Source: Chiloscyllium plagiosum
Taxonomy: Eukaryota
Assembly (NCBI RefSeq): GCF_004010195.1
Contig: NC_057753.1
Location: 10,123,358 to 10,187,357, forward strand
Direction of reading: 5' to 3'
DNA: 64,000 bases
Under the pieces are notes generated by a model. That model was not told the origin of the DNA and ran no database searches. It saw only the letters and a list, made by a program, of their open reading frames with translations. The position numbers were made by a program, and so were the translations under genes. Below are positions 1-9,726 of this stretch, piece after piece (within the stretch, counting starts at the first letter, position 1; the number at the start of each line of letters is the position of its first letter).

Positions 1-784
1 GAAGAGTGCTAGCAAACCTACCTCCCAGGATATTGGTGCCCTTCTGGTTCAGGTGCAACCTGTCCTGCTTGTATAGGTCCCACCTTCCCCAGAATGCAGT
101 CCAATTGTCCAGATACCTGAAGCCCTCCCTCCTACACCATCCTTGCAGCCACGTGTTCAACTGCACTCTCTCCCTATTCCTTGCCTCACTGTCACGTGGC
201 ACCGGCAACAACCCAGAGATGACGACTCTGTCCGTCCTAGCTTTTAGCTTCCAGCCTAACTCCCTGAGCTCCTGAATGACCTCCCCACCCCTCTTCCTAC
301 CTATGTCATTGGTGCCAAAGTGCACCACGACATCTGGCTGCACACTCTCCCCCTTAAGGATTCTGAAGACACGGTCCGAGATGTCTCTGACCTTGGCACC
401 CGGGAGGCAACAAACCATCCGAGAGTCTCGCCCATGTCCACAGAACCGCCTGTCCGTCCCTCTAACTATAGAGTCTCCTATAACTAGCACTCTCCTCCAC
501 TCCCCCTTTCCCTTCTGAGCCTCAGAGCTGGACCTCGTGCCAGAGACCCGGTCACTGCAGCTTACCCCTGCTAGGCCGTCCCCCCCAACAGTATCCAAAG
601 TGGTATACTTATTGTTGAGGGGAACGACCACAGGGGATCCCTGCACTGCCTGCTTCCTCCCCTTCCCACCTCTAACTGTTACCCTGCTACCTCTGTTCTT
701 CGGCGTAACTCTGTCCCTGTAGCTTCTGTCTATCACCCTCTCAGCCTCTCGAATACACCTCAGTTCATCCAACTCCAGCTCCAA
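1..784 (-). mobile_element. CR1-type LINE, 5'-truncated within ORF1 (SGNH/GDSL esterase-like domain); continues off the left edge
   Basis: Manual minus-strand translation is open throughout: LELELDELRCIREAE...VLVIGDSIVRG...CCLPGAKV...VVHFGTNDIG...DLYKQDRLHLNQKG. GDS, GTND and DxLH are the esterase blocks of CR1 ORF1. Confidence 0.9.
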
Positions 785-1210
785 ATTATTGTTGAAAATT
801 ATTGTGGTCCTGATGGATTGAGCGACTGTCAGACATTGATTCTCCAGTGTCTGCAGTCCTCACTTTCACGTCAGAGTCAAATTGCAGTGCTGGAAAAGCA
901 CAGCAGGTCAGGCAGCAACCAAGGAGTCGGAGAGTTGACATTTCGGGCATAAGCCCTTCATCTGTTGATTTTGAAACGTCGTTCTTCAGATCTTCAAATA
1001 ATCTGTATAAAGAGATTACAAAAGTCATCAATGTCAGTCCAGGGTACAAATTCAGAACAAGCAATTTTACTTGCCGTGGAACATTGTTTTCTTTTGTTAT
1101 TCCACAAGATTGAAAGCACTATCCCATTCTCTCTCTCTATCTCTCCTCCTCCCCCCCCCTCCCCACCCCCCTCATTCTCACTCTGCTCTTACAAATTCTC
1201 CTGAAGATTC
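785..1210 (-). pseudogene. Zinc-finger gene module A: acceptor and exon leader only, interrupted by the CR1 insertion
   Basis: Colinear with the leaders of paralogs at 6380-6640, 32110-32480, 57270-57640 and 63760-64000; acceptor TTTATACAG near 1004-1012 (-). Confidence 0.75.
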
Positions 1211-1554
1211 GGAGAGAAACTGAACAGAGTCAGAGGTATACAGTGCAGAAACAGACCCTTCGGTTCACCTTGTCTGTGGCGACCAGATATCCTAACTTAA
1301 CCAAGTGCCATTTGCCAGCACTTGATCCATCTCACTCTTAAACCCTTCCTATTCATATACCTATCCAGATGCCTTTTAAATGCTCTAATCATACCAGGCC
1401 TCTCCATTTCCTTTGGTAGTTCATTTCATACACCCTCTGTGTGAAATAGTTGCCCCTTATGTCCAATTTATAAATCCCCCCCACTCCACCCTAAACCTAT
1501 TACCCTCTAGTTCTGGACTCCCCCATCCCAGGGAAAAGACCTTGTCTATTTACT

Positions 1555-1990
1555 GGATCCAGTGTGGAAGCAGCCCACTCTGCCCAATGAGCCAACACCT
1601 TCCTGACAAAGGGTAATCCACCCAGACCCATTCCTCTATCCCTGTTGCTCTACATTTACCCCTGACTAATGCACCTAATCTGCACATCCCTGGGCACTCT
1701 GGGTAATTTAGCACAGCAAATGCACCCAAACCTACACTTGCCTGGGCACTGTGGGACAACTTAGCATGGCCAATCCTCTCCAACCTGCACATCCCTGGAC
1801 AGTATGGGCAATTTAGCCTGGCCACATCACCCTAAGCTGCACATCTGTGAGAGGAAATTGGAGCGCCCAGAGAAAACACATATAGACACGGGGTGGGAGG
1901 AAGATGGTGCAAACACCACACAGTCATGCCCGAGGCTGGAATGGAAACTGGGCCCATGGCACTGAGGAAGCAGTGCTAACCACTGAGCCT
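1555..1990 (-). mobile_element. HE1/V-SINE-like SINE with internal ~52-bp tandem expansion
   Basis: SINE head and tail recognisable; CTGCACATCCCTGGGCACT..GGG.AATTTAGC unit repeated about 3 times at 1680-1845. Confidence 0.7.
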
Positions 1991-2164
1991 TCCTTTTCCA
2001 CTGCCCACCAAGTCACTCAGTTTGAGTTCAAGCAAAGCTCTGTGTTTAATTTTAGCTTCACACTCCTCAAACCTTTCTCCTGAATAAAACACTCTATTTT
2101 CCTCCCTCACCCCGACCGTGGGAAAGGCAAAGAGTTCTGAGACTCTGGAACTGGGGAATACCAT

Positions 2165-2480
2165 AGAATCCCTATAGTGTGGAAACAGGCCATTTGACCC
2201 AAAACGTCCACACCAAACTTCTGAAGAATAACCCACCCACACCCATTCCTCTACATTTACCCCTGACTAATGCACTGAGCCTGCATGCTATGGGGAAACT
2301 TAGCATGACCAATTCACGCTAACCGACACATCTTTGAACTGTGGGCAGAACCGGAACACCCGGAGGAAACCCACGTGGATACGGAAAGGTAATACGCAAA
2401 CTCCACACAGTCACCCTGAGGCTGGAATCGAACCTGGGTTCCTGGTGATGTGAGGCAGCAATGCGAACCAGTGAGTCACT
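2165..2480 (-). mobile_element. HE1/V-SINE-like SINE (diverged)
   Basis: Similar to the younger SINE copies in the window. Confidence 0.7.
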
Positions 2481-3135
2481 TTACCATACCAGTGTGCTGA
2501 AAGAGTGCACACTATATTGATTGTATGGCACGGTGGATTATTGAGTAAGGTTAAATCTCACAGGGTCTGGAGAGATCTAACCGACTGGGTACAAAATTTA
2601 GGAGCGCATTCCTGCAGGTGCTGGAATCACTCCTGAAAATAACAAATGCTGGAGATCACAGTGGGTCAGGCAGCATCCATGCAGAGAGAGCAAGTTAATG
2701 CTGAGTCAAGGCGACTCTTCATCTTAGAGATTCATAAAGTCATGACTGGGTATAGATAAGATGAATGGCAGGGGTCTTTTTCCTGGGCTGAGGGATTTCA
2801 AGACTAGGGGACATATTTTTAAGGTGAGAGCAGAAAGATTTAAAAACTAAACAAGGGGCAATGGTTTTATACAAAGAATGGTGCATGTTTGGAATGAATT
2901 TGCAGAGGAAGTGATGGGTGTGGGTACTGTCACAATATTGAAAAGACATTTGGATAAGTACGTGTTTAAGAAATGTTTACACGATATTGGGACAAGCGCT
3001 GGCAGGTGGGACTAGTTTAGTTTGGGATTATAGTCGACATAGATTGGTTGGACCAAAGGGTCTGTTTCTATTCTGTGCAATTCTATGATTGGATACAGTG
3101 AATGTGGAAAAGAGTTTTCCACAAGTAAGAGAGAC

Positions 3136-3441
3136 TAGATTTAGATTAGATTAGATTAGAATACAGTGTGGAAACAGGCCCTTCGGTCCAACAAATCCAC
3201 ACAACCCGCCGAAGCGAAACCCACCCATACCCCTAACACTATAGGCAATTTAGTATGGCCAATTCACCTGACCCTGCACATCTTTGGACTGTGGGAGGAA
3301 ACCGGAGCACCCGGAGGAAACCCACACAGACACGGGGAGAACGTGCAAACTCCACACAGTCAGTCGCCTGAGGCGGGAATTGAACCCGGGTCTCTGGCGA
3401 TGTGAGGCAGCAGTGCTAACCACTGTGCCACCGTGCCACCC
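3136..3441 (-). mobile_element. HE1/V-SINE-like tRNA-derived SINE (young)
   Basis: A-box GGTGGCACAGTGG, B-box GGTTCAATTCC, V-domain GGGTTTCCTCCGGGTGCTCCGGTTTCCTCCCAC and (TCTAA)n tail, all on the minus strand. Confidence 0.9.
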
Positions 3442-3672
3442 ACTAAGACCAGAGGACATAGGCTCAGGGTGAAGGGATGCCCTTCAGAACTGAGTAGAGG
3501 AGGAATTTCTTCAAATAGAGGGTGGTGAACTTGTGGATCTCGTTGCTGCAGAGGGCTGTGGAGGCCAAATCATTGAAGGCATTTAAGACAGGGATAGATA
3601 GGTTCTTGATTAGTAAGGGGATCAAGGGTTATGAGGAGAAGGCAACAGAACAGGGTTGAGAAACATATCAGA

Positions 3673-3895
3673 GCTGAAAATGTGTTGCTGGAACAGCGCA
3701 GCAGGTCAGACAGCATCCAGGGAACAGGAGAATCGACGTTTCGGGCATAAGCCCTTCTCCATGCATTCCTGAAGAAGGGCTTATGCCCGAAACGTCGATT
3801 CTCCTGTTCCCTGGATGCTGCCTGACCTGCTGCACTGTTCCAGCAACACATTTTCAGCTCTGATCTCCAGCATCTGCAGACCTCACTTTCTCCTC
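3673..3895 (+). mobile_element. Palindromic non-autonomous PLE-derived element with hammerhead motif
   Basis: Inverted arms of ~90 bp; 16-bp TSD TGAGAAACATATCAGA at 3657-3672 and 3896-3911; inserted in a CR1 3' end. Confidence 0.8.
3763..3801 (+). ncRNA. Minimal type I hammerhead ribozyme motif
   Basis: CTGAAGA(3769-3775)-A-GGGC-TTAT-GCCC-GAAAC-GTC(3794-3796); palindromic ACGT stem III; stem I is weak. Confidence 0.7.
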
Positions 3896-4554
3896 TGAGA
3901 AACATATCAGACATGATTGACTGGTGGAGCAGACTCCATGGACCAAATGGCCTCATTCTGATCCTGTGTATTATGGTCTTAAAACTGGGCAGATGACTGA
4001 AGTGGTTTTCATGAATAATTTCAGAATCCCAAAGAAGAGTCGTTGGACTCGAAACATTAGCTCTACTTTCCCTCCACAGATGCTTATAGTTTCTCCAGTG
4101 ATTTCTGGTTTTTGTTTTAGATTTACAGCACCCGCAGTTCTTTGTTTAATTTATCACAGACACTTCTTGCCCTCCCTGATGCACAAACTATTCACTTATT
4201 GTAGAAATGATCACTACCTCCCTATCAGAGTAGATCCTTTTGTTACACAATGATTGTTCAATTTTGTGACCAAAATAGTTGGATTCATCATTACTTACCC
4301 CAGAGACTCTCATTATCTCAAACAAGCACACAGCCGAATTGTTTCAGACCCTACATTTATGTGATTCAATACAATTCCCTCTTCCCTACTTAACCAGAAA
4401 TGGAGGGTTTGGGTTATGAGGAGAGGCTGGATAGACTGGGACTTTTTCCACTGGATCCGAGGAAGTTGAGAGGTGACTTTATAGAGGTTTATACAATCGT
4501 GAGGAGTATAGATAAGGTGTCTTTTCCCTAGAGTTGACAGTCAGGAGGCTGATT

Positions 4555-4865
4555 GAATCCCTACAGTGTGGAAACAGCCCTCGGCCCAACAAGTCCACAT
4601 GGGCCGTCTGAAGAGTAACCGAACTGGGCCCATTTGTCTACATTTACCCCAGGCCAATGCACCTGTCCAACACAAATACAGTATGGACAATTGAGCATGG
4701 CAAATTCACCCAACCTGAACATCTTTGGATTGTGGGAGGAAATCAGAGCACCATGGGAGGTGGGGATGTGCAAAGTCCACACGGACACTCACCCTGAGGC
4801 TGGAATTGACACTGGGCCCCTGGCACTGTGAGCAGCAGTGCTAACCACTGAACCACCGTGCAACT
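4555..4865 (-). mobile_element. HE1/V-SINE-like SINE (diverged)
   Basis: Head, V-domain and tail similarity; equivalent position to the SINE at 34105-34445 in the duplicated block. Confidence 0.7.
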
Positions 4866-5024
4866 ACACATCCAACTTCTACCATTCTACATCCAACCAA
4901 GAATCCACCAGCTCAACAAACAGGTTTTCAGTTTCATTTTCAATATGAACAATTGGAAATTTGCAAAACCCTGCTCTCTCGGCTCAAAGGTGGAAGACAG
5001 AGGGTGGTGATGGATAGTTGTTTT

Positions 5025-5365
5025 TCCCCTCCCCCCACCTTATCTCAGTCCCAACCCCTGGATTCAGCACCGCCCTCTTGACCTGCAATCTTCTTCCCAA
5101 CCTCTCCGCCCCACCCCCTCTCCGGCCTATCACCCTCACCCTCACCTCCTTCCACCTACCGTATTCCCAGCACCCCTCCCCCAAATTCCCTCCCCCCTAC
5201 CCTTTATCTCAGCCTGCTTGACACACCAGCCTCATCCCTGAAGCGGGGCTTATGCCCGAAACGTCGATTCTCCTGCTCCTCAGATGCTGCCTGGCCTGCT
5301 GTGTTTTTCCAGCACCCCACTTTTCAACTCTGGTCTCCAGCATCTGCAGTCCTCACTTTCTCCTA
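5025..5365 (+). mobile_element. PLE 3' end / pseudo-LTR with mutated hammerhead
   Basis: C/T-rich tract, then CTGAAGCG-GGGCTTATGCCC-GAAACGTC (5238-5265) and the GATGCTGCCTG...CATCTGCAGTCCTCACTTTCTCC tail; same layout as the GIY-YIG-bearing copy at 20755-21300. Confidence 0.75.
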
Positions 5366-5374
5366 GGAGACAGT

Positions 5375-5680
5375 GTACAGTCAACCACACTGCTGTGGGT
5401 CTGTCACGTGCAGGCCAGACCGGGTAAAGGATGCAACTGGGATGACTGAATGCATCCTTTCCCACAACGACAGTTTCCTTCCCTGAAAAGGACGTGAGTG
5501 AATCAGATGGGGGTTTTCTCCAACCACCACATCCCCCTCCCTGAAGATGGTTTCATTGTTACATTCTGAATTCCAGATTTCTGACCGAATTCCAAATCAG
5601 CCATCTGTCACAGCGGGATTCGAACCCGGGAGTCCCTGGAACTGGGGTGATAGTCCAGTAGATTATGGCACTTTACCGTC
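5375..5680 (-). mobile_element. Deu-domain (SacSINE1-like) SINE in the 3' UTR of ZNF module B
   Basis: Minus-strand B-box GGTTCGAATCCC and TTCAGGGAAGGAAACTG core; a related remnant follows the stop codon of ZNF D (27700-27810). Confidence 0.55.
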
Positions 5681-5686
5681 CCTCTT

Positions 5687-6215
5687 TCAGTTCCCCTGCG
5701 ATGGCATGTGAACTCACTGGTGCCTCAACAGGGCAGAGGTCTAGGTAAATCCCTTCCTGAACTCGGGGCAGCTGACCTGCTGGTTTGTGAGCAGGGTAAA
5801 GGCCTGCATAAAGCCTTTCCCACACTCAGGGCAGACAAAGGGCCTCTCCCCAGTGTGGACACGCCAGTGGGTCAGCAGGGTGGAGGAATTGCTGAAGGCC
5901 TTCCCACATTCGGGGCACGGGAACAGCCGCTTCCCCCGTGTATATCCACTGGTGCATCAGCAAGGCAGAAGAATTGCTGAAGACTTTCCCGCATAAGGGG
6001 CAGCTGAAGGGCCTCTCTCCTGTGTGGATCCGCCGGTGGGCCAGCAGGTGGGATGAATTGCTGAAGCCCTTCCCGCACTCGGGGCAGGAGAATGGCCGCT
6101 CCCCGGTGTGACTGCGCCGATGAGTCTCCAGGACAAACAGGGCACAGAAGCCTTTCCTGCGGTCCCCACACTTCCACGGTTTCTCCATGGGGTGGAATTT
6201 CTCTGGTTTCTCCAT
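5687..6215 (-). pseudogene. C2H2 zinc-finger pseudogene (module B), about 6 fingers
   Basis: [23 protein letters not shown] start with TGERP linkers; frameshift near 5930, deletion near 5775 and stops in the last finger; exon acceptor at 6591. Confidence 0.85.
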
Positions 6216-7177
6216 GGCCGAAGCCTCAGCTGCACACGTGTAGAGCCCCTCCCTGCTGTGAACTCTTCTTTCCAGGCCCATACTCAGTGAGCTGCAGCAG
6301 TAAGATCTCTCATCCACTCCCACTGATGCTGAAAACATACTCAAACGGAACCAAAAAGCTTTGTTCCTTCTCTCGGAATGACAGTCGAAAATCCTTGCTG
6401 TCCTGATGGATTGAGTGACTGTCAGACATTGACATCAAAGTGAGGTCTGCAGACACTGGAGAGGCAGAATTAAAAAAGTGCAGTGCTGGAAAAGCACAGC
6501 AGGTCAGCCATCATCCGAGGAGCAAGGGAGTCGATGTTCCAGGCCTCATCTGTTGATTTTTGAAAATTCTGTCTTCAAATCTTCAAATACTCTGTAAAAA
6601 GAGACGATTAAAGTCGTGCCTGTCAGTCCAGGGTAGAAAAGAAAAGATAAAGTAAAAACAGAAAAGAGATTTATTCCACCTCCTTCCTAATCTCTATCCT
6701 TCTGTCCCTCCTCACCTGGGTAATTAAGACACATACCTGAATTTGCAGAGTCTGCTCCCTCCCTGGATTAACTCTAGTTGCTTCAAGTGAACAGATTTCC
6801 CTCTCTCTGTCCCTCCCAGGATGAAGTGTTGTCCAGACGAAGTGAGTTTCACTCCGAAATTGACAGGGCCATTGTGACGACAACAATTGGAACGGGGGTG
6901 GGAGGGACAAGAGGGGGAGGAGCAAGGGGCAGGGCAAAGCCAACAGCGGGTCCCCACTACGCCTTTGCAAAAATCCCTTCCCCTTCAGAGAATCCCCACA
7001 GTGTAGAAGCAGGCCACCCGGCCCAAAGACTCCACACCTACCCGCCGAAGGGTAATCCACCCACAGCCATTCCCCTACCCCTATTGCTTTGCATTTACCC
7101 CTGACTAATACGCCTAATCTGCACATCCCTGGGCCCTATGGGTAATTTAGCATGGTCAATCCACCCTAACCTGGACA

Positions 7178-8580
7178 ATGTTAAAAATCACACAACACGA
7201 GGCTAAAGTCCAACAGTTTATTAGGAAACACTAGCACTCTTCTTCAGGTGATTGTGGAGAATAAGATCATAAGGCACAGAATTTATGGAAAAACATTACA
7301 GTGTCCTGCCACTGAAATGATGTATTGAATAAACTTGGGTTGTTAAGTCTTTCATATTTTAGAATAGGTTGCAAGTATCATTAATATGTAAATTCCAGAA
7401 CTTCCTGTAAGGCACCTTCAAGATAGAGTCACAGAGATGTACGGCACAGAAACAGACCCTTCAGTCCAACTCATTCAGGCCGATCAGATATCCTAACCTA
7501 ATAGATAGGTAGATTAGATAGATTACTTAGTGTGGAAACAGGCCCTTCGGCCATCAATAGCCTAAGGTTTTCATAACAAAAGGTGACATCTCAGCTCAGA
7601 CAATGCATTAAAGGTGTGAGGTCAGAATCTCTGTTTTTCAATCTTCAGTCAGGCTGGTTATAAGAGTCATAGAGATGTATAGCAGGGAAACAGACCTTTC
7701 GGTCCAACCCGGCCATGCCGACCAGATATCCCAACCCAATCTAGTCCCAGCTGCCAGCACGCGGCCCATATCCCTCCAGTTGCCTTTTAAATGTTGCAAT
7801 TGTACCAGCCTTCACCACTTTCTCTGGCAGCTCATTCCATACACGTACCACCCGCTGTGTGAAAAAGTTGCCCCTTAGGTCTCTTTTGTATCTGATATCC
7901 CAATCCAATCTAGTCCCAGGTGCCAGCACGTGGCCCATACCCCTCCAGTTGCCTTTTAAATGTTGCAATTGTACCAGCCTTCACTACTTCCTCTGGCAGC
8001 TCATTCCATACACTTACCACCCGCTGTGTGAAAAAGTTGCCCCTTAGGTCTCTTTTGTATCTTTCCCCACTCACCCTAAACCTATACCGTCTAGTTCTGG
8101 ACTCCCCAACCCCAGGGAAAAGACTTCGTCTATTTATCCTATCCATGCCCCTCATGATTTTATAAACCTCTATAAGGCCAACCCTCAGCCTCCAACACTC
8201 CAGGGAACCTCCCTAGCCTATTCAGCCTCTCATGTATCTAAATTAAACTCCATTTGACACTTCTCAGCCCATTGCCTTATCTGATTAAGATCCCATTGTA
8301 ATCTGAGGTAATCTTTGCTGTTCACTACACCTTCAATTTTGGTGTCATCAGCAAACTTACTAACTATACCTCTATGCTCACATCCAAATCATTTATATAA
8401 ATGACAAAAAGTAGTGTGCCCATTATCTATTATCAAGGTGGAATTTACAAAATATTACATGTATTGACTGCCTGCAGATTGTGCAGTTTTTGAGCAAAGT
8501 AAAATGTATCTGCAAACATCATACTGCAAATACAAAATCACTCCCATTGACGCGTGCGTGTGCGCGTGCATGCATGAGAT
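7178..8580 (-). mobile_element. PLE pseudo-LTR/3' region interrupted by CR1 3' fragments (7422-7560 and 7662-8420)
   Basis: Similar to 38370-38860, 23594-23988 and 25585-26008; the PLE sequence resumes at ~8430 after the CR1 piece. Confidence 0.7.
7725..8061. repeat. 169-bp tandem duplication inside a CR1 3' end
   Basis: GATATCCCAA...CTTAGGTCTCTTTTGTATCT starts at 7725 and again at 7894, nearly identical. Confidence 0.9.
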
Positions 8581-9726
8581 AGAGAAAAAGTCTATTTCCT
8601 TGCTGTATGTCTCTATGTCTATTGGTGTAAATGTTGTAAATCATAGCTGGGTACTAATAGTTAGATGTGAGTGCACTGTAAGAATCCTGGGAGAACCCTA
8701 TTTTTGGTTTACTTGCTCATGAACAAACATTAAGCACGAGTGCCTATTTATTTATGATTTTGTTTCATTTTTCTTGTTTGATTCCCTGCTGTGACTATAC
8801 CCTGGGTCTGGATGGTTGACAGGCTGGGAGATTATGGGTTGGATGTCGATTGAATGTTATATTGTTCCAGAAGTTGTAAAAGGGGGGTGAAAGCTTTAGC
8901 AGAAATCCAGCAGAATTGAGAACAGACCGACCTCTTACTCTGTGGGAACAGGGAATTCAACAGAGGACAGGAAAATCAGGACCTAAAACCTAAGCTGACA
9001 CCAGACTACCCTGCTAGTGCTTTGATTAGCAGTGCCAACCCTCTACCTTTACTGAGCTTCCCATTTGACTACCCCCTCGATATTCAGGATCCAATCCTTG
9101 TTATCCTGAAGCCATGTCTCTGCAAGGAGTCACAGATCATAATTATTCTCTTCAATGTGTGCAGTCAATTCATTCGCTTTTGTTACAATGCAGCACATGT
9201 TCTGACGTGCTGTTTTTGGTTTGAATTTTTGTGATATTTAAAACCAGTTTTGAGTGCTGGTATATTTACTCTCCTTGTCCCTTTCTATTGTTCTCTGATG
9301 TATATTTTCCACATCACTACATTGCTCACCAGCCTTGATATAATTGGCCATGCTAAATTGCCCATTGTGTCCAGGGATATGCAGGTTAGGTGGGTTAGCC
9401 ATGGGAAATGCAGGGTTACAGTTTCATGGTAATAGAAGCAGGAGGCGGCTATTTGGCCCATCCAGCCTGCTCCACCATTCATTAAGATCATGGCTGATCT
9501 TTACATCGTCTCAGCTCCTCCTCCCTGCATTATCCCAACCACCCTTTATTCCCCTACTGTGCAAAAACCCATCCAACTGTGTTTTGAACATACTTAATGA
9601 AGCTGCCTCTACTGCTTCCTTGGGCAGAGAATTCCATAGATTCACTACTGTCCAGGAAAAGCAGTTCCTCCTCATCTCTGTCCTAAATCTATTCCCCCTA
9701 ATCTTGAGGCCTAGTTGCAGCCGCCA

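Noticed and set aside
3669..3862. Pre-miRNA hairpin
   Set aside because: Explained by an inverted PLE pseudo-LTR with a TSD; no small-RNA evidence available.
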